From the NCBI GenBank assembly GCA_031835245.2, contig JAVKOQ020000001.1, forward strand, positions 434,001 through 498,000: a stretch of DNA of 64,000 bases. Reading direction: 5' to 3'. The notes below the pieces were generated by a model that was given only the letters and a program-made list of their open reading frames with translations, ran no database searches and was not told where the DNA came from. Numbering within the stretch: position 1 is the stretch's first letter; each line of letters opens with the position of its first letter. Both the position numbers and the translations under genes were made by a program. Of the stretch, positions 43,959-54,710 are shown piece after piece. This DNA comes from Balamuthia mandrillaris. Its lineage: Eukaryota.

Positions 43959-46900
43959 TCAGTGGTGAGGATGATAGTCGTTGAAAGAGAGGCGCAAACA
44001 AAGCGGGTGGAGATGCTCAAAGATGCGCTGCTCCTTCTGTGCGCTTTGGAGAGCGGTCACAAAGAGCAGCAACGTTTGCTCGTACTCGTTCGTTATGCTC
44101 TTCAACCGAAGTGCGGACGATTCCAACGAAGAAGATGGCGATGAGGAAGTTGATGATAGGCTTTCAAAAATGCCAAGCGATCGGAGAATGATATCAAACA
44201 ACTTCTTCAACAAAGGAAGAAGTTGAGAAGATGGGGTCGTTTGTGAAGAAGTCTGTTGTTGAAACAGTCGAGCAGAAACCGAACCAAGAAACGCGTTGTG
44301 AGCATCGATGAGCTCCGGCAATTCTGTTGCTTCCTCCATTCTTTGCTGCAATTTCTCCCACTCAATATCCACCACTTCGCCCATCGCATAAAACTGCACG
44401 TTGGAGACGAAATGCAACATTCTTTGTCTTAATAAATTGCATTTGTGACGTAATTCGTTTTTCTTCCTTCTGGTTTCCTGTTCCTCATCGTCATTTTCAT
44501 TTTCTTCTTCGTCATCTTCTTCCTCTTTCCATTTTCCTCTTCTTCCTCCTCTTTGTCCTTCACTTGCTCTCTTCTTTGTTTTTGTTCGTGAAGAAGCAAA
44601 CGAGGTCATCATCATGTCCTTCTGCCACGAAGTCGTCAATCCGAAATAAACTCTCTTCAACTGCCACAAAAAGTTGAAGATTTGATAGTAGCTCTCCATC
44701 GCCTCCACCGTAAATACTGTGTCAACCGGACCACTCACATGATAGTCCAACGAGAAGACATCCCATCCTTCTATTACTGATGTTGAAGGAGAAGAAGACG
44801 GCTCTTGTTTCTCCTTTTCGTTGTTGGAGAGAGAAATAGTAGGAAGTAGCCGTACGTCTAAACGTTCGCGAATGTCTTCGTGTTCGTATTGGGCGTAAGA
44901 GCCTTGGATGGCACGCTCTAATATGCCGCTCAAGTTATGGCGGTACAAATTAGTGGCGGGTTTACTCAATGCATCACTTTTGTTGTTTTTAAACAGACAA
45001 AAAAGATTTAGAACGACAATGAGCAAAGACAAAAGAGAAAGAAGAAGACAGTATTACCGCATCAATTTCATGAGATAATGAATGAAGTCACCTTGGCCCA
45101 AAAGAAGGTATCGCTTGATGGCGGTACAGTGCTCTCGGAATTTGTACTTTTCGAACAAAAGTTGCAGCAGCTGTTTGCTCACTGCCACTCCAATAGATGA
45201 AATCGTGTTTCGCAAAGAAGAAGAGGACGAAGAAGCTCCAAAAGCTACATCGACATCTTCAACAAAGAAAGAAGATGAGGAGGACGGGATGGAAGAAAAA
45301 CTCTTTTTTAGGGAGGGCATGAATTTTTGGTGGTTTGAATCGTTGTTGGTGAGAGAGCGCCAAAGCTCATCCACTGAGAATTGTCTCTCATCACAACATT
45401 CTCGAATAAAGTTGATACTTTTGCCAATCAAAAATATCTGTTTCAGAAAACAAAAATGAGAAAAGAGAAGTACGAGAAAAGGGTTCGAAGGACAAGACAA
45501 AGAAGAACAAGCAAAAAGAACAAGAAGAAATCTATCCAACCGAACCTTGTTAACCAGAGCGCTATCCATGAAAGCAGGGACCATGCTCTCACGCACAGCA
45601 TATCTGTCATACCAAAGGCGAGGTAACGGGACCGCTCGATCCTCCGCTACAAAAAACTCTGCAAAGGGATCTTCCAACACTCCACGCGTGACCCATCTCT
45701 GTATCATTCCAAACAACGGTCTCGCCGCGTGTCGAAGCAATCGCTTGGCGAGACGACGCATAGAGGGATCTCCATGATGATGCATCGCATACAATCGCGA
45801 TGTCAATGCCCCTCCTTTAGTTGCTTTTTGTTGTATTGATTTGGTGGTGTCGACGTCAACGAGCAAAGAGAGGTTTTTGAGGTGAGAGAGGTAGCCGGTC
45901 ATCCATGCTCGGATGCGACGAAGAGTGATATCCTCAGGGTTATGGTTGCTTGAACGGACTTGGACTTGGGCTTCTGCGACCGCTCTTTCCCACGCGTTGA
46001 TCTCGTCTTCTACTCCCGTGTGGAAACTCTAATTTTAAAGAAGAAATGAGATAATAAAAGAAGATCGAGAGGTTGTGAGGACCAGAGAGAGAGAGAGGAG
46101 AGAAAGAAGAGAGAGAGAGAGAAAATAACAAACAAGCTGTATACCTGAAGAACGAGACCTGATGAAGTGGCAGCTTCTTGTGAAGTCTGTAGCCGCTGAC
46201 GAATATGACGACAAAGCCAGCCCGCTTCGCACATGTGTGAAACCAATTGGCGAACAGGCGCTTGTATGCCCACCTTTAATGGGTTAGTTAGTTGTTACGT
46301 TTGAGAGAAGAGAACAGAGCAGAGCATAAAGAGAAGTACTTCGTTTGGGATGGCGAAGCAATCGTGTTCAGTGTCCCATTTGATATGAAGGCCCTCTATG
46401 TTTTGAAAGCAATAGAGAGTATCAAAGACCAGAACCGATGGGTCCACTTCATATGACACTAAATTGTAACATAAGCTCAGTTTGCTAGCCAAAAAACACA
46501 AAATCCTACAGAATCTCAAGGAGAACACGAAGAAGAAGAAAGAAAGCAAGACAAGAAAGAAAGAATGAAAGAAAGAAACTGCAAGAAAGCTGACGAACGG
46601 TTTTGGGACGAAGAGCGATGCAGAGTTTCTCTCTCTGGTACAGCCCTTTGTGAGGTAGCATCACTTGCGGATTTCGTTCGCAACGGTGCTTCTCGTGAGG
46701 ATATTGGTGGCGTTTCAGTTGTAGATGCTGCTGCGAAGGACCGAAGCGGCTATGAACAACTCAACATGTAAACAAACAAAGAGAGAAAAAAAAAACAGAG
46801 AGAAGCACACAAGCGCAAAAGGAGAAACAAGTGGTAGAAGAAGAAGAAGAAGAAGAAGAAGAAGAAGAAGAAGAACAAGAAGAAGAAGAAGAAGAAGAAG

Positions 46901-47427
46901 AACAAGAAGAAGAAGAACAAGAAGAAGAAGAACAAGAAGAACAAGAAGAAGAACAAGAAGAAGAGTTACCAAGCAAAAGGAAGAATGGTCGTCCGCATTT
47001 CCACTTCCCATCAAAGAGTACAGCAGATAGAGCACCCTCCAATTATCCGACAGGACCGACACGTTTTGCAGCTGATTAAACAGCTTTGCAAATCGGATGG
47101 CCTTGGTGGTGTCTCCTCCTGCACTCACTGTTTCATCGTTGAGTTGCATCACCACTTTTTTAAAAACAACAAACAAAAAAAAACCGTACATTTTTTCTTG
47201 ATGAGTTCCGCAACGTTAAACTCATCCTTGGACAGGGGGTCGCCCATCCGGCTACCAAGTATCAGCATGCAATACTCGTAGAGCTCCTGTTGGGCCGGGG
47301 TCATTCCACCACCACTTTCTTGCTGCTGCTCATCCTCACCGTCGGTGTTTGGCGCCAAGGCGTAAACCAGGTCTTGCACGAGATACGCCACTTGCCGCGC
47401 TTTGGTCGCCCCTCTTCCCGACGCCAT
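43959..47427 (-). CDS. TUBGCP3: Gamma-tubulin complex component 3 (Spc98)
   Basis: MCEAGWL, HGDP, WVTRGVLEDPFAEFFV, FLIGKSINFIR, KRYLLLGQGDFI and GWDVFSLDYHV are GCP3-type motifs. Confidence 0.9.
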
Positions 47428-47570
47428 GTCTTTATTCTCTCTTCTTTCTTTTCTCATTCCTGGCATGCCTTGAATACTCTTCATTCCTGTTATATCTTAA
47501 ATACCTTTCATATTCTTCATTCCTCCCATATTCCGCATATCTTTCATACCATTCTCTTGCAGCCTAGGTA

Positions 47571-47615
47571 CTAAGGCGGCGAAAAGATCATAAGATCTAA
47601 GGACAACGAAAAAAG
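47571..47615 (+). repeat. Left terminal inverted repeat
   Basis: CTAAGGCGGCGAAAAGATCATAAGATCTAAGGACAACGAAAAAAG aligns with the reverse complement of the right end. Confidence 0.85.
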
Positions 47616-48160
47616 AAATCACGACATTAGTCTTTTGGGCCAATGAGCATGTTTCCCGCCAAAACAACCCTTCCTTCTCCCACGCCTCTGAAGGCAAAGT
47701 GGTGGGTTGGGGTGTGGGGTGGGGTGTACGGAATGGATGCTCATGCTGCTGCTGCCGCCAATAAACTTTTGGTACTCGTCATTCGCCTTGACACTTTTCT
47801 GCTACTCGTTTTCTTTTCTTCTCTTCTCTTCTTTTCTTTCTTTTCAAAAGTAAACACACAGACACACACATCCACGAAGCTCCACGCACCACCGTATTTC
47901 TCATTGCTACGCTTCTACTACACAAGGAGGAAACCAGCGGAAGGAGGCAGAGGTGGAAACCGAAGCGGTTCAGCCGCAGGCAGCGGCACTGCTCCGATTG
48001 AAAAGGTAGCGTTCTTTTTTCTCTGCTCGCTCACTACATTTTTTGATGATGGAAAAAAATTTGTTACCAACCACTCACTAATGATTTCTTTTGTTTAAAA
48101 AAGAACAGCATCACGAACCTCTGTGCGCCTCTTCCACAACGCTGCTGGAAGCTGGCCTGA

Positions 48161-49915
48161 ATGGCAAGTTGCCCACAGTGCGGAAAAAAGTTTGCTACCT
48201 CTCACGGGTTGGCCATCCACTTCGGTCGGGTCCACAAGGAAGGGGGTCGCGCCACTACTTCTGCTACTTCCACTGCTACTCGGAAAAGAAGAGCGGAAAA
48301 CGCCCCAGCGGCACCTCAGGCAAGGGCACAGAAGCGTGGTAGGCCGCAGGCTGCACCCGCCCAGCCCTTTTGGAACCAGTTTTCCAGCTTAATCGGGAGA
48401 AGATTAATACGCCCAGAAGCCTTGTGCTTGGAAGAACCCTTTGCCTGTGGTTCAGGATGGTTCACCGCCTGCAAGCACATTCCTAACGGAGAAAAGGTGT
48501 TGGAGGAGGAGGAGGAGAAGAAGGAGAAGGAGAAGAAGGAGGAAGAGGAAGAGGAGAAGGAGAAGGAGAAGGAGAAGGAGAAGGAGAAGGAAGAAGAGGA
48601 GAAAAACCAGAAAGGCTTGTTAGGCCTCATCGAGGGACTCGTTCCGTCTCGCCCAGCCGTACAGCTCACCAAAAAAGGCAAGAACGGAGAGGAGAAACCG
48701 GTAGTGGGGCGATTGGAGAAGATCCGCCTTTATCCGCGCTCGGAACAAAAGAAGACGCTGGCCAAGTGGTTCGGCACAGTACGATGGACCTACAACAAGG
48801 CCGTGGAGTTTCATCGTGAACATAAAGGAATGCCTCTTAAGGAGATGAAGGAACAAGTCAGGGAGAAATTCCTGAATAACGGCAATTTCAACGGAGAGGA
48901 TAAGAGCCTTGCGTGGGTGTTGGAAACTCCTCGATACATTCGCAGTGACGCCGTCGATGATTTCTTCAACGGCGTGAAAACCAGCTTGGCGGCGGGCAGG
49001 ACTGGATTCAAGATGAAGTTCCGTGGTCGGAAGGACAAGAACCAGTCTCTCAGCATCCAAGCCAGGGAGTGGAACCACAGCAAGTCCATCCGCCAACTCT
49101 TCTTCGGGGAGGCGCGAATCAAAGCGAGGGACAAGAACTACAAAGTTCCGTCGGAGGTGCTCTATGCCGTTCGTCTGGTGAAAGACACTCGACTGGGCCA
49201 TTACTACCTCTGTGTGCCTCAGCCTTTGAAGCTCATGGGTGAGAGCCAAGCCCGTGAGCACCGAAGGAGAGAGGCAGGCATCATCGCCTTGGATCCAGGA
49301 GTGCGCACATTCATGACCACCTACAACGGCTGCGGGGAGGTCACCGAGTGGGGCAAAGCGGACATCAACGAGATAGGCAAGCTGTGCCACCGCCTGGACC
49401 GCATGCAGAGTAAGGGCACCAAGGTCAACCACAGACAACGGCGCCGTCTCCGAAGGGCCGCTGCTCGGCTTCGCCAGAGGATCCGCAACCTGGTGGATGA
49501 CCTCCACAAGAAGCTCGTGTCTTGGTTGGTCAGGAACTTCTCCCTCATCCTTCTGCCAGAGTTCAGGAGCCAGCAGATGGTGCGGCGAGGCCACCGCCGC
49601 ATTGGCTCGCGAACGGCCAGAGCCATGCTCACCTGGTCCCACTATCGCTTCAGGCAGAGGCTCCTCAACAAGGCCCAGCAATTTCCGTCCTGTACGGTCT
49701 GCCTCTGCGATGAGGAATACACTTCAAAGACCTGCGGCAAGTGCGGCCAAGTCCACCACCAGTTGGGGGGAAACAAAACCTTTCGGTGCCCTCAACCCGA
49801 GTGTGGCTACCAGGCGGATCGAGATGCCAACGCCGCCCGAAACATCTTGATCCGCTTTTTTACGTTGCAAGCACTTACCACCTCCTCCTCCTCCTCCTCT
49901 GTGAGGGGGCGGTAG
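48161..49915 (+). CDS. Fanzor: Fanzor (Fanzor2/TnpB-like) RNA-guided endonuclease, 584 aa, intronless CDS, N-terminal C2H2 zinc finger
   Basis: IS605-OrfB-type HTH (KIRLYP..EQKKTLAKWFGTVRWTYN). RuvC-I ALDPGVRTF (Asp 49292-4). RuvC-II LPEF (Glu 49559-61). Zn ribbon YTSKTCGKC...CPQPEC. RuvC-III DRDANAARNI (Asp 49823-5). Confidence 0.93.
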   Translation: MASCPQCGKKFATSHGLAIHFGRVHKEGGRATTSATSTATRKRRAENAPAAPQARAQKRGRPQAAPAQPFWNQFSSLIGRRLIRPEALCLEEPFACGSGWFTACKHIPNGEKVLEEEEEKKEKEKKEEEEEEKEKEKEKEKEKEEEEKNQKGLLGLIEGLVPSRPAVQLTKKGKNGEEKPVVGRLEKIRLYPRSEQKKTLAKWFGTVRWTYNKAVEFHREHKGMPLKEMKEQVREKFLNNGNFNGEDKSLAWVLETPRYIRSDAVDDFFNGVKTSLAAGRTGFKMKFRGRKDKNQSLSIQAREWNHSKSIRQLFFGEARIKARDKNYKVPSEVLYAVRLVKDTRLGHYYLCVPQPLKLMGESQAREHRRREAGIIALDPGVRTFMTTYNGCGEVTEWGKADINEIGKLCHRLDRMQSKGTKVNHRQRRRLRRAAARLRQRIRNLVDDLHKKLVSWLVRNFSLILLPEFRSQQMVRRGHRRIGSRTARAMLTWSHYRFRQRLLNKAQQFPSCTVCLCDEEYTSKTCGKCGQVHHQLGGNKTFRCPQPECGYQADRDANAARNILIRFFTLQALTTSSSSSSVRGR

Positions 49916-50088
49916 GCGGTAAGGTTGCTTTGGTGCCGGCACCGTTGCTTATAGCGAGTCGTAAGACAAGCCGTGATTAGGCACGCCGGAGGTGGGTTAT
50001 TTTTTGTGTCTGTTTTTTTGTTTTCCTTTTACTAATTTTGCTTTATTTTCGTTGTCCCATTGATCGGCTTGATCTTGGCGCCGCCTAG
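49867..50088 (+). ncRNA. Candidate omega-RNA (Fanzor guide scaffold) overlapping the ORF 3' end; boundaries uncertain
   Basis: Series of hairpins: CTTACCACCT/AGGCGGTAAG with flanking GCAA/TTGC, TTGCT-tat-AGCGA, and GTC-GTAA-GAC. The position between the nuclease 3' end and the right end is where TnpB/Fanzor guide RNAs lie. Confidence 0.55.
50041..50088 (-). repeat. Right terminal inverted repeat
   Basis: Reverse complement reads CTAGGCGGCGCCAAGATCAAGCCGATCAATGGGACAACGAAAATAAAG. Confidence 0.85.
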
Positions 50089-50257
50089 CCTAGGTACCCA
50101 GACAGCAATGGATGTTGTTGCATTGCCCAATGGATGCGGTCAAGCACGTTTGTTTGCTGTCGTCATTTACCAGCAAACACAGCGCCATTTCTTAAAGCAG
50201 CGCACTCGTTGAAGGAAATCATCAAATCATCTTTGATTAACTTTATAGCATTACACT

Positions 50258-51355
50258 TTAGAATAAAAATGAAGTCAAACGAGTTCCATCACCTCCATCA
50301 CCCCCATCACCCCCATCATCACCGTCATCACCATCGTCACCATCTTCACCATCACCACCATCCCCACCATCCAAAGGATCTTCCACAGTGTCTCCATAGT
50401 TTGGAGTGCCAGCAGGCACCACACGAGGTTCGAAAGGAACACTCTGGTCGGCAGGCTCCGAGTTTTGGGGAATTCCGTCGCTTCCGCACTTGTCAGTCTG
50501 CCAGATACAGTTGCGGATGCGCATCTCCATGGCCTCGTCCTCCCATCCGTTCCAAAAGTCGGCGTGAAGGGAATATGGGGTGCCGCTGGAAATCTCGGTA
50601 CCGGGACCGCCTTTGCAGGTGAAAATGATCTTGACCTCCAGAGAGGGAACCCTGTTTGGATGCGTCTCTGGGCATTCTCCATCGTCTTATTTGTTTTTCA
50701 AGTAAGTTACTAACTCACGAAACGACAAAGAGAGAAGCGGTGTGAAAGAGAATAACAAACCAGGATAGGCCATGTGTCTCTTGTGGTCAGGAGAGTCTCT
50801 GTTGAGTCCATCCCAACAGGAAGGAAACCTTACGAACAGCTCCAACGCCTCCTCGCAGGTAGGAATCTCCACGCTGGCCTTGTTCTCGTTCAAGCAAGCC
50901 CAGTGCACATTATCCGCATCAAACGACTCCAAAGCAGTCGAGTTACCGGCGATGACCTTCAAGCCACGAGGAAAAGGGATAACCTTCTCTGGCTCGTTGT
51001 GGCTGTTCTGGTAGTAGAAGAAGGTGCGGTCCTCCATGCACCGCTCCCCATCGACGGTCAACGTAGGATGCCAGTAGGAGGAGTGGTCCTCGGGCACTGA
51101 GCATGTGGTCTCCCCATCAGCCAAGTCCGCAAAGACAGTGTCGGCATTGACGTCGACAGTAGCATAGAAGGTATGTGAGTGGCTCTGGCCGGGGCGTCCA
51201 GGGTAGACGATAGGGTCGTCAAAGTTTACATGGCTGGAGGGACATTGGGCCACGAACTCGGCAAAGGGTTGAGCGTTGACAGCGTAGATGCAGAAGAAGG
51301 TGAGGAGGGCGAGAGAGAACAACGGCAGGGTGTTGTTGCAGGCAGAGCACTTCAT
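50258..51355 (-). CDS. Secreted DUF1996-family protein with an Asp/Gly-rich tail (2 exons)
   Basis: Signal peptide, DPIVYPG..SHSHTF, DHSSYWHP, PFPRGLKVIAG, FPSCWDG, CPETHP, LHADFWNGW. Confidence 0.88.
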
Positions 51356-51765
51356 GGCTGCAGTCTGTTGTTTATTGTTAGGTTCGGTGGTGTAATGCAA
51401 ACGAAGAAAAAAGAAGACGAGCACTTTTTTATGTGCTTTCTCTTGCCTTGCGGCTCATTAATAACCATTAATGCATGGTTAGGCGAAGGCAACCGCAGCG
51501 AAGCGACAGAGCGGCGATTGGCGGATCAAAAAGTGGTTTTAGCCGAAAAAATCAAATTATTCGTTGTTATTCGTGTTTTTTGGCAATTATTGCATAATTT
51601 TTTTGTGTTGCAAATAAAATTGGAAAGAAAGGAAAGAATGAAGGAAAGAATGAATGAAGGAAAGAGAAGGAAAGAGAAGGAAAGAGAAGGAAAGAGAAGG
51701 AAAGAATGAAAACGATACTATTTTTTTGTAAACAAACAAAGGAGGGTCACTCGCCAGGTAACATT

Positions 51766-54710
51766 TCAAGAGGTAGGAAAATAGCGGCCTTTCTTCAAGA
51801 TCTCCAAAGCAGAGGCGGTGTGCCCCTTCCACAGCTCCAAATAAACCTGCAGCAAAACGGCGGCCGGGGCGGAGGGATAGAGCGTCAATGCCTGGTGCAC
51901 CATCTTTTGGGCTTGGGCGTGTTTGTCCTGCAGGATGTGTGCTGTGGCCAGGTTGACGTAGAGGGAGTAGCGGGCGAGGGAGGCGGAGGGGGTGGAGTCG
52001 TCGTGCGGGGAATAAGGGGAGGGCGAGCGAGGCGATGTCATCGAGGAGGATGCGGTGGCGGAGGTGGAAGATGAGGCACGAGTAGCAGAAGCTGTTGTTG
52101 TGGGAGTGGTGCTGCCGATAGAGGGAGCGGAAGAGGATTGGTTGCTGAGCTGCAGGCAGGTGGAGAGGTGTTGAGCGGCGTCGACAGGACGGCTGAGAAG
52201 GCAGAGCGCCTCGGCTGCGTAAGTGTGTGCTAGGAACCTTTTTTTTTTGTGTGAGTAACAGAAGATAATGAGAGAAGAGAGAGAAAGGAGAGGGAGAGAG
52301 AATACTTGGTCTGTTCGGTGGCAGTGGTTTTCTGAGCAATCAGCTCGTTAGCAGAGGAGAGAGCAACCACAGGATCGTTGGTGCACAAGGCAAGGTAGGA
52401 TGACAGCAACAAACACGCATTATGGAGGGCACGTCTGGCAGCGTCCTTCGATGGAGCTGCTGGAGGTTGATCCTTGGAAGCACTATCGCCACTCTTCGTT
52501 CCGCCAGACGAAGAAGAGGATGAAAAAGAAACAGTAGCAGAAGGGGTGGATGGTGACGGTGAGGGAGAAGGAGGTTGGGTGGAAGTGTTGGCCAATAGGT
52601 AGAGTGCGTTCTGGATGCATCTCCTTGCGTACTGCAGAGTCGGTTCCGCTTTGTTGAGATCCAGCAGAGCTGGTGTTGAGGAAGAAGAGGGAGAAGAAGC
52701 AGCGGGAGAAGAGGAACCGGATGTGGCGGGTGAGGAGGAGATAGCAACGGGGGATATGGGGGAAACGGGGCTCGTTGGGGGGAGGGAGGAAGGGCTGTAG
52801 CTGCTGGGAAGGACCACACGCCTGTTCTTGCCTTCCCCAATAACGGCGCTTACTACGCTGCTCTTCTGAACTTTCACTTGGTCCTTTATCTAGACACAAA
52901 CATTCATAAGAGAATGAGAAATAAAGAGCTAGAAGGAGCACAAACCTTGAGAAGGTGCAAGGCTATGCAGCACTCGGCCAAACGGAGCCATAATTTAGGT
53001 TTCCGATGAAAGGCAGAAATGGTCTCCTTGAAGCAACGAAATGCTAGATCCGGTTTGCCGGTAAGCAGGAGCTGCATTCCTTGGTTATAAAAGATCTCCG
53101 TTCTCCAATCTCGATAAGTGGTTGCAAAACCGACTAGCCCTGTCTCCTTGCTGCCTATGAATGCGCCTTCTCCACTTCCAAGGTCTTTGCCTGAACAGAA
53201 GCATGAGATTAAAAAAGGACAGAGAGAGAGAGAGAGAGTGAGAGGAGGAGGGAGAGAGAGAATGAGAATGAGAAGAGAAAATAAACGTACGTTGAGCGGC
53301 TGCTACCATATTCTCTTGGAGGCCTTTAGACAGGTAAAAACAGGCAGCGTTGTATTTGCTTAGATGGTATTGCATGCAGCCCATGTTATTGAAATAGAGC
53401 GGGGTGATGGCCAACGTTATCGCTGAAGACAACGAAGGCGCAGAAGCGTTCTTGTTGCCGCTGGAAGTAGAAGCGGGAGCGAGATACTTCTTGTGAGAGG
53501 CATTCAGTAGCTTGAGCGCCTTTCGATAGTTGCGGCGAAGGTAGTCAAGGTTGGCTTTCAGAAAAGCAAAAGTGGGATTATTGTTGCTATCCTGACCGGC
53601 TTCCTCCAGAGCTGCCTCCGCAAGCTTCAGCTCTCGCTTGGTTGCGTTGGTGCTGCGAGTGATGATCTGCAACTTGGCCTTATAGAGATGGAGGTGAGGC
53701 TTGTAAACGCTCAAGGAAGAATTGTTGTCACTGCCATCCTCGCTGTTACCACTAGCAGAGTTAGAAGATACAGCTGCTGCAGCTGCATTAGCGGCGTTAG
53801 CTAAGGCAGAGGAAGGCAGTGGCGTTTTGTGGTGACCATCGCTTGAGGAAGAGGAAGAAGCAGGAAGGATGAGTTTCTCGAGAAAGGCAACCACTATGGA
53901 AGCCTTGGCTGTTTGCTTGAGGGTCAGATACAGGTCCAACAGCAGGAAGCCCACTCTCACCACCAAGTCTTCTTGTCCCCAAGACAACGACTCCACCACT
54001 TGTTGTCGTTGCTGAGGCTGTTTCCGCGTTCGTTGTTGCAGCTGCTGGAAGAGCGGCTCGAGAAGGTCATGACACGCAGAGTACTGCCCAAGGTGATAGT
54101 GAAGCACGGCCAAGTTGTAGGTCATCACAGGAGAAGTACCGCTGCCAACCGCCAACGCAAGTCGCTCACCAGTTTGTTTGTCGTCTTGTTGCTGCTGCTG
54201 CTGTTGTTGCTCGTTGCTGCTGGCTGCAGTAGCAGCAGCTGGCACGATACGATTGAGAGCTTGGAGCAGGGACACAGCAGGGGCATAGTGATTGGCAAAA
54301 GTGGCCGAGGAAACTGCTGTGGGCTCAGTTGTTGTGGGCTGCTGTTTTCTCCCTCCTTTTCCTTTGTTGTTGCTGGCGGGTATGCTGTCTTCCTGTTGCA
54401 GCTTTGTCATGGCGTGGTAGAACTGAGCAACGGCGAGGTTGTGTTTCGTTTTACGAGTAGCAAAGGAACTGCTGCCACTAGCGTTGGCGTTGGCGTTTGC
54501 GGCAGCTCCTCCTCCTTTGCCGCTTTGCTGAGAGGAGGAGGAGTTGGTTTCGCTGGCAGGGATCTGTTTGCTCAGCACTTCGGCGGCTTTGGCGTAGCGT
54601 CCAGCTTGAAAGTGGGACCAAGCGTCAGCGCTCCATTCCTCTTCCGACTTGCTTCCTCCTCCTCCTTTGTCACCAGCACCAGCGCTACTCGTTTGCTTTG
54701 TGCCGCTCAT
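51766..54710 (-). CDS. CNOT10: CCR4-NOT subunit 10 (TPR protein)
   Basis: LKANLDYLRRNYRKALKLL, NNMGC..YHLSKY..ACFYLSK, YNQGMQLL..GKP..AFRCF, LWLRLAECC, YVNLA. Confidence 0.88.

Larger units (their letters stand above)
47571..50088 (+). mobile_element. Non-autonomous TIR DNA transposon carrying a Fanzor nuclease
   Basis: Imperfect ~45 bp inverted repeats at 47571-47615 and 50041-50088. Exact direct repeat AGCCTAGGTAC at 47561-47571 and 50087-50097. No transposase ORF seen inside. Confidence 0.85.

Noticed and set aside
47450..47555. Degenerate TTCATTCC-like short repeats next to the left TSD
   Set aside because: Low-complexity sequence outside the element with no clear periodic unit or function.
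48620..49681. 353-aa minus-strand ORF inside the element, considered as a transposase or serine recombinase
   Set aside because: Antisense to the GC-rich Fanzor CDS; no DDE or serine-recombinase motifs seen.
50134..50622. His-rich plus-strand ORF beside the Fanzor right end
   Set aside because: Antisense reading of the Asp/Gly-rich tail of the DUF1996 gene.
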